From: Octopus bimaculoides | Taxonomy: Eukaryota | Length of the DNA stretch: 64,000 bases | Assembly: GCF_001194135.2 (NCBI RefSeq) | Contig: NC_068987.1 | Location: 36,013,400-36,077,399 of the forward strand | Direction: 5' to 3' | Shown: positions 1 through 13,545 of the stretch, one piece after another | How positions within the stretch are numbered: position 1 is the stretch's first letter | How the letters are laid out: each line of letters opens with the position of its first letter | Notes under the pieces: model-generated | Database searches by the model: none | Told to the model about the DNA's origin: nothing | What the model saw: the letters and a program-made list of their open reading frames with translations, nothing else | Made by a program: the position numbers and the translations under genes

Positions 1-599
1 AGAGAAAACTTCCCCCAGGAAAGTGTTTCGGTCCTTTACTTCTTACACTCTAAGCGGGCGGGCCCCATCCAGTTTATAGATATCAGCCAAGTTGATATGC
101 ACGTATGCTGTTTTTCGATTTTGTCTAGTCCTAACTCTCGTCCGTTGACTCAGTTTAGAAAATTATACTGAGATAGAAATAAAGTTGATTGACTTGGTAG
201 TGGTGAACCGTCAAAGATACCACAATCATATACTCAGAGTTACTTCTTTCAGATTTAAAAAAAAAAAATGTTGACTTCAGACCGTATGGAGGTCGGGTTT
301 GTTACTCGATCGGATCTAGATGGAACACCTCTCTGCCGTCACTGCTATTGTCTTTATGGCTTTGGTTCTGTTCTTCTCAGAGACTGAGAGTTGTTTCATT
401 AGAGAGTAAGAAGATTTGCACACACACCCCTAAATCCCTGTATTTTCTGTATCCACTTGAAAGACACCAACAAAACTGTTCAAGGCACATCCTAAGTATA
501 AGTTGGTAGTAAAGATAAAAAACTAGAGACCACTCTCTTGTAAAAGCTATTATTCCCAACATTGAAAAGAAATGATTGTTTGAAAAGATCATTTAATTA

Positions 600-895
600 T
601 AATGGATGATACAAGATTCATACGCAATTTCTTAATGGCGAACTAACACTAAATAACACCCAGGGCATGAATCCCGGGAGAGAATAAAGATTTCATAAAG
701 GTGAACTTCAGACTTTGAAGATTGGTGACCAAGATTAGGAAGAGTTTGATTTGAACTGATCAAAATGGGGCGGTACAATCATCGAAGTTTATAAAATAGA
801 ATGCACATGTACTGAACGTGCAAAACTAAGAAAACCTATTCGAAAGAAGGAATAACTGCCTAGTGACTTTGAGGGAAGACTCACGTGTGTTCCAA
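600..895 (+). mobile_element. Possible decayed LTR-retrotransposon (Gypsy-like) integrase C-terminal remnant
   Basis: Stop-interrupted translation ELQTLKIGDQD*...SKWGGTIIEV...LRKPIRKKE*LPSDF loosely resembles the Gypsy integrase tail; no LTRs seen. Confidence 0.25.
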
Positions 896-1559
896 GTAAT
901 TGCTTGTCAAAAGCTTTTGGTTTCACTAGTGCTTCTGTCCTGAATATTTTGTATCACAGAAAAGTTGGAACGATTGACGTTACTTTCAATTCCATCATGT
1001 GGAATTTTTCTCGTGTCACTGTATATAGTGTAAACGCCTGTTGAGTTTCAGCCACAAGTGTGTGATAATGAAATCGGCTTTGATTACTTGGGCGGCAGTT
1101 ATATGTCTCTCGATCACAAGTTTTTTTAACTCGTAGCCATCGCATAATCATTATTTGAAGAAGGGCTAGCTGCGAAAAATGAAGTTTTGTCCTTGGCTAT
1201 ATCTAGCAAATCCGACTGAGCACGTAGATACCTATTATTTGATTTCAGTTAGCACTGGTTTTATCATCTAGATGATTTATTCGTGTATTCAATTCGTATT
1301 CAACGACCATTCAAATGAACATTGATGTATTTTGATTGGATAGTGATTATCCGTATATAGTTTCGTTACCATGCGACTATTAAAACAAATTCCGTATTTC
1401 AATCTCAATAACGTTACTATGTCAAGATTTTTAAACTTTACACGAATTTTTACTATGATTCCTTTTGTATTCAATGTTTAGTTCCTCAATCTTTCCTTCC
1501 TGCGCACCTCTGTTTCTCTCTTCGCTTTTATTTTGCCGACATATAAATAAGTAACGTTA

Positions 1560-1703
1560 TATGTATGCATACATGTATGGATAGTTATACATGTATAAAG
1601 GTGTGTGTTTTGTGTGTTTGTGTTTCTGTGTAAGTTTATGTGGGCGTGTGGGCGTCGGGAGTATTTGTATGTGCGTGTATTTATACAGGTACATATGCGT
1701 GCC

Positions 1704-1754
<51 letters not shown>

Positions 1755-1802
1755 GCATATACATATAAACACACATATATATATATATATATTTACATAT
1801 AT

Positions 1803-1833
<31 letters not shown>

Positions 1834-1875
1834 CACACATATACGCATATACACACTCAGGCACACACGCACACA
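1560..1875. repeat. Compound (TG)/(TA)/(CA) microsatellite
   Basis: Direct dinucleotide runs. Confidence 0.95.
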
Positions 1876-2552
1876 CCATGTCCTATTCCTCCTTTCAGGC
1901 ATTCACTTTCCTGTTGCCTAATATGTGATGTGTTTAATAATATTTTCTCTTTTGCCATCCATCTTCCACTACTTTCCTTTACTCTCTCTATATTTGTTAT
2001 CTACAGCGTTTCACAGCGATGTATTCCACATCTTACATCTTCTTATTCTTTTCATACACTATTTTCCTCTTTCCTGAATGATTTCCTGCTTTTTTCCTAT
2101 TGTCTTTCATTTTTACAACATATACACACTTCTATAGGAATTGATGTTCAATATACCTTTATTCATCACCCCCCCCCCAGGAGCACACAAACGCCTGCAA
2201 TCTCAACAGCACAACCAAGTCACTCATACACACACATGGACAACTATAGTAACTTATACATATGTTCACATGTGAGTGTGTCTGTGTGTGTCTGTGTGCG
2301 TGTATGCATATATATATATATGTGTCTAAGTATGTATGTATACGTTTTGTTCTACATGCAAACGNNNNNNNNNNNNNNNNNNNNNNNNNNNNNNNNNNNN
2401 NNNNNNNNNNNNNNNNNNNNNNNNNNNNNNNNNNNNNNNNNNNNNNNNNNNNNNNNNNNNNNNNNNNNNNNNNNNNNNNNNNNNNNNNNNNNNNNNNNNN
2501 NNNNNNNNNNNNNNNNNNNNNNNNNNNNNNNNNNNNNNNNNNNNNNNNNNNN

Positions 2553-2583
<31 letters not shown>

Positions 2584-2612
2584 GTACACATTTATGTGTA
2601 AACATATGTATA

Positions 2613-2651
<39 letters not shown>

Positions 2652-5169
2652 CTAAGTATGTATGTATACGTTTTGTTCTACATGCAAACGCGTATGAATA
2701 CATGCATGCATATATGTCTATATGTACGTATGTATATTAGTATGAATTGAGCTAAGAATATATGCATACGCATTTCAATCTTGCTTCCTCTTTTCTTCTC
2801 TGCTGTCATCTGTGCCATCACACAAAGCGACGTGCAAGGAAGCACACTAAACCGGTTATAGAATGGTTTGGTAAAACAGTTTCCAAGCGATGTCACATTT
2901 GACATCGCTTACACGATCCTGAAAGAACGGAGGAAATTAATGTCGTTATTTGCGAAAGAATTTCTTCACCGAGACAATTCAACTGACACACACATACTAA
3001 CGCCTTCACCACAATCACCATTTTCAAACATATACATTACACACACTCACGTACCTTTTTACATCCATATACATACATACGTGCACACACATATGCACGC
3101 ACGCACCATAGGAACACACACTCACACACATATGTATGTATATACGTTGCCATGCACGTACGCAAGTGTGTATCACAAATACCAACACGTGAATTCTCCC
3201 GAATGCCGTCTCTCGCATATCTCTTTCTCAGGCAGACCACCAAACAATGAACCCCATAGAGTGATAAAAAGAAAATGGAAGAATAACAATTTTAAAGGTA
3301 ATACACGCACTCTCTCACATACGCAAATACAAACACGCTTGTACATACATAAACTCACACACATACACGCATATACACCAAACATCTCGAAATGTAAAAG
3401 CAAGACACCATATCAGCGTGTATGTTTGACCTCCTGTATAGTTGACCTTAAATAGAAAATATATTACTTTGGATGTAAATGAATTGAAGAAGGCTCGTGA
3501 GTGGAGATTAACTCAGTTAAAATTTTTGGCAAGCAAAAACTTTTATCCTTAAAGTAAGCACAAACGAATTATTAACTCGGCTGACCTCTCACTAGAAAGG
3601 CGACTGTAAAAGTTGCGTTTACTTCCAATCTTAGATAAAAGCTTAATATATTGTACAAACTCTATAACGCTTAGTATAGTACGTTGCGAAAATTCGTGTG
3701 CCTGTTTAAAAGTTTATGTGTGTGAGATCTACATGTAGTCATGGAAACGCGAATTGGCGAAGAAAATTGAAAGAAGTTCCGACAGACTGTAGTGAAATGC
3801 ATTTATAGTCAATGATCGATGTGTGTGTATATGAGTAAAGGTATATAAATATAGGTATGTATAAATTCACAAACATATATACGCACGGGCACTTACAGAC
3901 ACACACACACTCCCATATATAATAGTTTTCTATATAAGAATTTACGAATTTTTATTTCGTATTCCACTATTCCACAAAGGAACGTGGTAGTAATTTTAGA
4001 ATAGATTTCTCCCCAAGTTTTAACATTATGCTTGGGTATTTATTCTGAAAGTATTTTAAGCGTGAGAAGTCTTCAGAAACTCTGAGAAAGCGCAGTTTTT
4101 CCTGATAACTTGTCATGCGGTGTCGGGGTCAATTCCTTCTATAATTTACTAGCTGTTCCTTTCTTTTTGTCGTTTTCCTTCTTGTTTTTACAATTTCTAT
4201 ACTCGTCTCTGATGTTAAATCCGAAGCTGTCTTGATCGAGTAGCCTATGATGTACATTTATACAGAACAAATCCATTCTAGCTGCGACTCCGCCACCTTC
4301 ATTTCAATATCTACATCAACTATTGTGTATTGCTTGCTTATTTTTTTTATAACAGTATTCTTCGAAATGAGAGCAGTGTTGCTACTATTTCTAACAGGAG
4401 GAGTAACAAAACTGTTAGTCCTTCAGAATTGTTTAATCTTTGTCGTTGCTCGTATTGTAGAAGTTTAACTTTTGATATTTGTATGCTCAAAGGTCAGCAA
4501 TTATGAAACAGTATTATGTGTGACTCAACAACTCTACCAAAACCATACCTTCACAAAACTACCTTTTTGTCACTTCTTAACTTTTATTTTGAATGTACAT
4601 GCATAAATCACGATCAAAATGCCGCCCGATCGACATTTTGAATGTCACACAAAGCGAAGAATTACTTCCAATTTTTTTTATGGTGCTGTCCGCCTACGCT
4701 GAGCCCATTCTCAGGCAGCCCGCTTCACGACCATGCCTGGTATAAACCCTTATCGGCTTAGGATCAGCTTGATATATCATTTGCTGAAGAGGATATCCGC
4801 AGTAGACACCTTGCTTGTAAACTAATATCTGACATTCCCATTAACTTGTAAATTAATGATCTTGTTAAATTTATTTTCAATTGTCCGGAAATAATATGAA
4901 AATTACCGCTAGGTCTTTGTTTTGGTTATCTACCTAAGGGAAAAAAGTATAATCTGTTGGCAATATTGTGATTACTTCAGCCAATGCATCTTCCCTGATT
5001 CATTCAAACGCAAACGGAGTTGCAAACTTATTTCTCTTTCATCATTTCATTTTCGAATTATACACGGATGTTCACTGAAAAAATACAATTAAAAAAAATT
5101 TAAGTAAAAATGGATAGCTAAAAAATATTGGCTATTCTTTTCAACTATCGACACAATTCCTAAAATTTA

Positions 5170-5352
5170 GTAGGGTATGGGTTACTCGATTACATCCACC
5201 TCCAGTGATCAACTGATACTTAATTTATCGACCGTGAAATGAAGAACGGGAAATTTGCCTCCGAGGGAATTTGAACTCATAAAGAGAAACCGGAAGAAAT
5301 GCCACTAAGCGTTATATTCCGGCCTGTTAACAATTCTGTCATCTCACCACCT
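5170..5352 (-). mobile_element. tRNA-derived SINE, family A, diverged copy
   Basis: Reverse complement matches the younger copies at 27488 and 57420-57647 (head, gagttcaaattcc B-box region, gtcgataaattaagta core). Confidence 0.8.
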
Positions 5353-5843
5353 TCTTAATTTTTTTAAATCAACCAATTTGGGCCAGTGTGCGTGTTGTTT
5401 ATTGTGATATATACTATGACTGACCACCGATACTCAACTCAAGAAAAGAGTCTTAAGTATTAAATAACAGAGCATGCTAGAAACGTGTTTCACGTTTCTT
5501 GTCTTATAAATATAAAATAACTCACAGAACGTGTTTGGCAGTCAGACAAAATAGGCGAGTTGTATGATCAATCAGATAAACTCATGAAGATTATATTTTT
5601 CATTCTTTTTCACAGATAAATGAGACTGAGGTCCTTACTGTCCAGTTGAAAATATGTTACACGATATCTTTTTGACAAAAATCTTGAAAAGATCAAGGTA
5701 GGAGGGAGAGGGTAAGTGTTAAACGAAACGTTTTCACATTAATATAAGCCGAAAGCACATACGAAGCAAACTGGCATTGATTGATGTATTTTCCAATGTT
5801 GAATAAAAGCTAATATATTTAATCTCAATATGAGTTGTGTTGA

Positions 5844-6040
5844 AGCGGTGAGCTTGCAGAATATTTAGCGTACAGGAAAATGCGTAGCGGCATTTCATCC
5901 TCTATATCCTGAGTTCAAATACCTTTGGGGGTCGACTATGTCCTCCATCATTTGGGAGGCGATAAAATAAGTATCAGTAGAGCACTAGGGTTGATGTAAT
6001 CGATTTAATCTCTGGGCTTGAGCAAGGAATTTGAAGCCAA
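5844..6040 (+). mobile_element. SINE family A, diverged copy
   Basis: gcggtgagcttgcagaa...gagttcaaat...gtcgact...gataaaataagtatcag...gatgtaatcgat matches other copies in the window. Confidence 0.8.
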
Positions 6041-7396
6041 AACCAGTTGAGTTAAGTAATTGATGACTTCCGATGTATTTGAACACAAAACATGGAGAGA
6101 AGTAACTATTTGTATCAATAACTATATCTAACATATTTGTTTCTCTACTGCCTTGAAAAAGTATACTGGTATATATTTATATGGATAAGTGCTACAAAGA
6201 TGAAACTTTTACCGCATACTATACTGAAATGATGAAAACTGCTATTGGCTGGAAAACTACATTAAATATTGTAATAAAATACACGTTTTTACACCATTCT
6301 ATAAAATAATATAGGAAAAAGTTTGGTTGGTATAGCTGTGCATACCAAAATTACAGCAATTATATTAAATTTACATATCTATCTCTCTGGCTAGTTTATG
6401 TATTAATTTAAGTGTCTGTTTAAGTGACTATGTATGTAAATATACATATATGTAAATATGCATATATATGTATATATGTATATAAGCCTATATAAANNNN
6501 NNNNNNNNNNNNNNNNNNNNNNNNNNNNNNNNNNNNNNNNNNNNNNNNNNNNNNNNNNNNNNNNNNNNNNNNNNNNNNNNNNNNNNNNNNNNNNNNNNNN
6601 NNNNNNNNNNNNNNNNNNNNNNNNNNNNNNNNNNNNNNNNNNNNNNNNNNNNNNNNNNNNNNNNNNNNNNNNNNNNNNNNNNNNNNNNNNNNNNNNNNNN
6701 NNNNNNNNNNNNNNNNNNNNNNNNNNNNNNNNNNNNNNNNNNNNNNNNNNNNNNNNNNNNNNNNNNNNNNNNNNNNNNNNNNNNNNNNNNNNNNNNNNNN
6801 NNNNNNNNNNNNNNNNNNNNNNNNNNNNNNNNNNNNATATATTTACACGGATGTCTGTAAATATATAAATGTGTGTGTGCGAATGTATATATGTATGTAT
6901 ATACATATACAGGTGCATGTGTGTAGTGAACATAGACAGGCAGACAAACAGACTTACAGACAAACTGACAGAAAAATAGATAGATAAATAGATAGATAGA
7001 TAGATAGATAGATATCAAAACCAAACTATGTGGCACATGAAAATACCTCAATGAATATATCATTTTATGGTATGGAGGAAGTGTGGAAGATTACCTAATA
7101 ATGCTAAAACATGAGCATATCTTCTGAGACATACAATGCAAGACGACTATACTAAAAATTCCAATGAAAAACGGTAATGACTGCGTGTTGTACAAAAAAT
7201 GCCTCAAACTGAAAAAGATGAATTTGAGGAGGGATTCGGGAATACCAAAAATAATAATGACTCAGAACACTAGGCTGAATTTATGAGTAGGGAACGTGAG
7301 TGATATTTTAACCTGCATAAATAACTTATGACAAAACATTAAATTTACCGAGCCAGGGCCACGTACATATACGGACGAGTCCTACTAACCAAATTA

Positions 7397-8275
7397 CGTA
7401 ATGATATCAGAAGTTTCCCGCACTAGTTCTGTAGCGAGCCAACAGATGGCAACACACGCTCGCATGCGCTGTGACAGCTAGCAATGACCTTCATGAGGCA
7501 GTGTGTCGAATGACATCTCTGTGTTTACTTCGCAATTTGTGAAATTTGTGTTTTTTTGATCACGTGTATCGTGCAGTCTGTGATTTTTGTCATAGACAGG
7601 AAGCTGGAACAAAGAACCTACGTGTGATTTTGCGTTAAACTTGGGGAGTCTACAACAGAGACATTGAGTATGCTTCGGAATCATACGTCGACGATACAGT
7701 GGGTCGTCCGCAATGTTTCGAGTGGCATGCGCGAACGACAGAGCCACAGATCAATCAAGAGCAGGCTCATATTTTCTTTTTCACATCTATGGTATTGTGC
7801 TTTCAGAATTCTTCCCCTAGCGTGAGACGTCAATCCAGAGTTCTCCTGCTGCGTTTGAGGGAAAACATTCAGTGAAAGGGAATGGATCTGTGGAGCGCGA
7901 AGAATTGAATTCTTCACAATGACAATGCACTATGTCACCGAGCTCTCCTCACGCATGGGCTTCTCGCCAAAAACCCACCCTATTCCGCAGCCACCCTATT
8001 CTCCAGATTCAGCATCTTCGGACTTCCGTCTCTTCCTCTATTTGAAAATGAAGCTCAAAAGTAGCCGTTTTAACACTGTTGTCGAGATCCAGAACCAACC
8101 GCAGAAGGTCCTCAATTCGCGCACGGAAAACGAATTCCAGGACGGATTCCAAAAGCAGCAGGAACGCTGGAATCAGTGTATTGCTGCGTAAGATGATTAT
8201 TTCGAAGGCGATGTTAAAGTACAAGTAATTTTTATTAAAAAATATCTAATCCGGGAACTTTTTGATACCATTCCG
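7397..8275 (+). mobile_element. Internally deleted mariner (Tc1/mariner) element
   Basis: Imperfect inverted termini (21/26 match, counting the flanking TA); TA on both sides (7395-96, 8276-77); N-terminal HTH (KLEQRTYV.FCVKLGESTTETLSML) and C-terminal HNDNA, PQPPYSPDSASSDF, ERWNQCI..DDYFEGD motifs. Confidence 0.92.
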
Positions 8276-9716
8276 TAATTCATTAAATACATGGGAACGA
8301 AATCTATAAAGGTTCAGTGTGCGGTGTGCAACTTTTGGATGACAAAATAAACTAAATATATTCTTTATTTATAAGAATGAAAGAATATATTGCAATGATG
8401 CGTTTGGATAAATGCTATATTAATGTATTAATACAGTGAAACACAAAAGAATATATTGCTATATGTATATAGGCAACACTATATGTATATGTGTGAGTGT
8501 GTGTTTGTGTATCTATGTATAAATTTGTAAATACATGTGTATGTGTGTTTGTGTGTGTGTATGTATGTGTGTGTGTGTCTATGTATGTGTGTGTACATAT
8601 ATATAATTGTGGGCATTACACTTCATTATAGAGGTAAGCGTAACTGCAACTTATCCCTCATTGAGACACTGCATGTCCTTACACCCAAATTTATGTTAAG
8701 TAAATAAAATGAATTAATGTTAAGAAGTACACATCTACTGCGAAGAGCATTTAAAATCTCCCAAATGAGTGGAATACTGATCTCTGTACCCTTATATAAG
8801 TGTCTGTATATTACACACTATGCTAAATACTTTTAACGTAAGTAGGATTACTTAATAGATACACTAATATATATTTTATCTAATTAATTTAGTTATATTA
8901 AATTATTATTATGATTTTTGTAGTTGTTGATACTATTGTAATTCTATTTTCAATATTATTGTTTTAATTTTAAAAATTTTGTAATATAATAGTTTCATTA
9001 TTTGTTAATTATTTTTAAGATTATTCTTTAATTATTTTTTCATTTACGTTTGTAATGTTATGGTCATATCTCAATGTATCTTAATGTATATTAATAATTT
9101 TGCAGTGATTTTAATTTTAAATTATAAATATTTACTCCTTCAAGAAAAAAAAACAAATTTTAGGAAACAGAATATCTTTCTAAGTCAATAATACGTTGGT
9201 TATTTTCCTGTATAATTCTCATTAACCCAGTTTACCATCTACTCGGAGTTTACATTTTGAATAAATGATATTGATCAAATAACAAACCTTTAGTGACTTA
9301 ATAATATATCAACTGAATGTCATGGTTCTACATAACAACTCTATGCATTTCACTTGGTCAATAATGCTTTAAAGGTAGGAGGAATTTTGATAATCTGTCA
9401 TGTTCTGATAAATACGATTTGTTAGTAGGTCTCCTGAAATATCTCGATATCCCTTACACCGGTTAAATATTGTAACTTTTACTACTATCTATCACACGTA
9501 AATGTTCTCTATACTAAGCAGTGTGGTATAGATTTGATAAGGACAGGATGATGTAAAATGTCTCTATCACCGGAGAATCCCGGTCGATCAAATATGGGAT
9601 CTATTAACAAGCGTATTTCCTGCATCACAAAATTTTGGAATTTTCCAATCTATCCGAAACTTCCGTAAGGTGATTAAAGAATATCTAATCCTCCATTATT
9701 TTGTGTTTTTCTAATA

Positions 9717-10050
9717 TACGAGGTCTGATCAATAAGTATCCAGACTGTTGCCATAGTAATGAAGCTAAAGCATGCAGAGTAAAGCCGTTTGGGAAATATT
9801 GCCCCTCAACTATGTTGTGGATGTGCACTAAGTTTTAGCGTTCTAGCTCACATTCGCCATTTACAACAGTGCTTGGAAAGAAGGTGAGTAGCATGTGCTC
9901 ATCGCATTGACCACGACAGAGAAGGTTTTCATGGCGATACCTGCTCAGAGGTCTGCCCAGGTTTGCAGAAAGTGTATGGAGAGGAGAATATGAGCCGCAC
10001 ACAAGTGAACGAGTGGTTCAGAAGTTTCCAACGTCATGAAAAAATGTCGA
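9717..10050 (+). mobile_element. 5' fragment of a second mariner family
   Basis: Mariner-type terminus TACGAGGTCTGATCAATAAGTATCC followed by LQKVYGEENMSRTQVNEWFRSF (HTH). Confidence 0.8.
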
Positions 10051-10560
10051 TATTGGGGACCGTATTCGCCTGGATTTATAATCCCCTTTTTCTTGTATGT
10101 ATGTATGTATGTATGTATGTATGTATGTATGTATGTATGCATGCACATATTTATATATATGTGTGCGTGTGTGTGTATGTATATTCACACAAAAAAATAA
10201 TAACCATGCAGTTTAAACACGTAGCTTATCATGAAAATCAATGGAATACTCTATTTAGTTGGTAGTAGTAAGCGAGTATCGATTCTTCACCCTTTGCATG
10301 GCTGAGTAAGAAACAGTTCCGATTATAAGAATACTATGAAGCTGTGATCGTGTAGCTAAATACCATATGCCATTATGTTTGACGTTGGTCTAATTACAAC
10401 CAACCGTACCATTACAAGTATTAAACACAGAAGCGGGAAAATCTTGCGTGGTTGTGGTTCTGGTGAATTGAGGCTTTTTCAGTAGAATTAGTTTCTCTGA
10501 GGAAAGGCAAGCCATCAGGGGTATCTTGAATTTGTTTATACCATCAACCAAAGGACTCAC

Positions 10561-10589
10561 CCAAAACATCGTACCGCTATGATCTGTTA
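10561..10589 (-). CDS. Candidate 29-nt micro-exon (xTDHSGTMFW), host gene unknown
   Basis: ttgtagtttcag acceptor and gtgagt donor around a stop-free frame; short enough to be chance. Confidence 0.15.
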
Positions 10590-10875
10590 CTGAAACTACA
10601 ACTGATATATATATAAATATATATATATATATANNNNNNNNNNNNNNNNNNNNNNNNNNNNNNNNNNNNNNNNNNNNNNNNNNNNNNNNNNNNNNNNNNN
10701 NNNNNNNNNNNNNNNNNNNNNNNNNNNNNNNNNNNNNNNNNNNNNNNNNNNNNNNNNNNNNNNNNNNNNNNNNNNNNNNNNNNNNNNNNNNNNNNNNNNN
10801 NNNNNNNNNNNNNNNNNNNNNNNNNNNNNNNNNNNNNNNNNNNNNNNNNNNNNNNNNNNNNNNNNNNNNNNNNNN

Positions 10876-10923
<48 letters not shown>

Positions 10924-12119
10924 GAACCGTTAAACAGTAGAAATAGGTACAAAGACAGCAATCGGAGGACAAATAGCGTTGTCAAGAGCATTTGGTGTTA
11001 AATGAAAATAATATAAAAATTCAAAATGTCATCTGGAATAAACAGTGACCAAATTTCATCTTAACCATGTAAATCATTCATTAAAACGAAGGAATATATT
11101 AAATATTATATTAAGTTATAATTGGGTAGAAAAGAAATGAATATTGAATGTTTGAATGTTTTAAATCTTTCATGTGTTTTATAAGAGCTAATGTGATTGA
11201 AACAACAAATATTCATATATACGTAAAACCTTTGAAATATTGAACAAAAAATGGAGAGTGGTTTTTACTTTCTAACAACAACATGCAAATCTTCATCAAT
11301 TCAATCGATGTCTACTTAAATGTATTCTTACATAAATAAACCCTCCGTAGAAAAAAAAAAAGGATGATCGTGTCGGTTTCATTGTTTATCGCCGGATTTC
11401 TATGCTAGGACTGCCATGGAAGATGAACAATAGCTGGAAATTAATACGAAGATAGTTGTATTTAGAGCTTATGTTCAACGTAGGTTATGTAATCACTGGA
11501 AACACTCTATGTAACTATGTACATTTGAGAAAACACATGCAGTTTCATATTTATTAGAAGATGTATAGCTGATAAAAATATATTGAAGTTATGCCTGAAG
11601 CCCACTTCACAAACAGATAAGAATATAAGTATTAACCTGAAAATATCAATACTAAAGCAATTGAAAGATACAGAGAGCTATAAAATCAATTCTTATCTCT
11701 TACTACGTATATAAAGCTTCCCCAATTGCGCTGTCTTATTGAAAAGATTCGGAGAGGCAAATGAAGCAGCCATAGTAAAGAAACTGTCGTTGTATTAATT
11801 CATAAAGCATCTGGATTTACTTTCGTTTTCACCATTCTTGCATTGATAACATAATTACTGGTCAAGAAACTGAATCATCATCTTCAAATTAAAGCCGCAC
11901 AAGACTTAACGTTGCTATTACAAGCATCCTTACTTGTTTCCAATGTAATGATAAATTCATAAGTTCCTGTCTATTCGTACTAATCACTGGCCATACTACT
12001 GTTAGAATATCAGGCTGGCTGCCTTGTGGTATTCGATCTAGTTCTTTGTAATTATCCCTTTACCTATTTGTGTAGTTTAATGATGCTTCTTAGTGCGATT
12101 GGTGCGTATACCTCTCACC

Positions 12120-12292
12120 TATTCTCTTTCTTTCGCTCTCTCTTTCTATCTCTCTCACTTTCTCTCTCTCTCTCTTTCTATATCTCTGTCCTTCTCTCTC
12201 TTTCGCTCTCTCTCTTTCTCTCTCTCTCTTTTTCTTTCACTTTCTCTCTCTCTCTTTCTCTCACTTTCTCTCTCTCTATCTCTCTCTCATCC
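12120..12292. repeat. Degenerate (CT)n tract
   Basis: Pyrimidine-rich dinucleotide repeat. Confidence 0.95.
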
Positions 12293-12544
12293 AACTTAGC
12301 CAGAAAAATTTATGTAGCGTTCTGTCTAAATTATGTATCAATGTGTATAAGTGTTCCTTTAGATTCTATGCTCTAACACCAGCAGAGCCACATGTACACT
12401 CGGGTCCAAAGTAATGTCTACTATTCATGTACTCAGCCTGATACTAGCATCGATATGATTTATTGTCTCTTCTCTCAGTGACTCTAGGTTTGGGTATCGT
12501 TTAGGTTTCAATATTATGAATCGCTAAGTCAACAAGCGGGAGGA

Positions 12545-12950
12545 ATCGTTAACACGGCATGGGAACTGCTTAGTCGCCTTTCGTCAGCCTTTACCATCTA
12601 AGATAAAATTCCGTCGAGGTCGACTTTATCTTTCATCATTTCCAGGTCGATCAAAGAACTACGAGTTCAGCACTGGGGTCGATGTAATCGAATTAACCCT
12701 TACCTCGGAATTGCTAGCCTTGTACCAAAATTTGAAACCAACATTAGAAATTGCTAAGGTACTAAGCTGACAGAAATGCTAGCATGCCACGTAAAATGCT
12801 TAGCTGCATTTCATCCGTCTTTAAATTCTTAGTTAAATTTCCGCCGAAGTAAACTTTGTTTTTCATCCTTTCACTTGAACACCAGGGTCGATGTAATCGA
12901 TTTACCCTTCTATCGAAATTGCTGGCTTTGTGCCAAAATTTGAAACAGAT
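12545..12950 (+). mobile_element. Two adjacent old SINE family A copies
   Basis: Two successive copies of aattccg.cgaggtcgacttt...ggtcgatgtaatcga...tgccaaaatttgaaac. Confidence 0.8.
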
Positions 12951-13332
12951 ATTACGACCTTCTATGCTTTTATTGTGTAAAAGATGTTGCAAAATCATAA
13001 CTAAATTATCGACGGACTGCTTGCTTTATTTAATTTATATTTCTGCTCCAATCACACCGCCGTCAACAATTCATTTTCTTTCCCGGTGTTAAAAAAAAGT
13101 AGATTCCAGCAACATTCTGATACTGCATCACATAGTCAATCCTTCGTCACTTAGCAAAAAATTCTGAACCGCTGAAACACTTGGAATGAAAATTATGCAG
13201 GTTATTTTCGCTACTCAAAAGTTTTTCCTGTGTCAGTCGCCACTTTTAAAGATGGGTCCTGAACAAAATAATTACCAGAGAACTTGTAATCATTACTCAA
13301 AAGAGACACATCAATATTAATAGGTTATTTAG

Positions 13333-13545
13333 GATGGCGAGCTAGCAGAATCATTAGCAAGCCAGGCTAATATGCTTAGCAGCATGTCGTCCGTTTTTAA
13401 GTTGTGAATTAAAATTCCGTCGATGTCGACTTTGCCTTTTATCCTTTTGTGGCCGATAAAATAAGTACCGGTTGAGCAATGAGGACCATGTAGTCGACTT
13501 CACCATTCCACCGAAATATGTGAGCTTGTGTTAAAACTTTGAAGG
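13333..13545 (+). mobile_element. SINE family A, diverged copy
   Basis: ggatggcgagctagcagaatcattagc...aattccgtcgatgtcgactttgcc...gataaaataagtacc. Confidence 0.8.

Noticed and set aside
1478-3455. Many long ORFs rich in Y/I/H/T/C/V (and similar ones at 15.8k, 28.5k, 35.6k, 39.8k)
   Set aside because: They are translations of (TA)/(CA)/(TG) microsatellites, not genes.
4780-4815. CUGAAGA-GGAUAUCC hammerhead-like start
   Set aside because: No GAAA, and no stem I or III.
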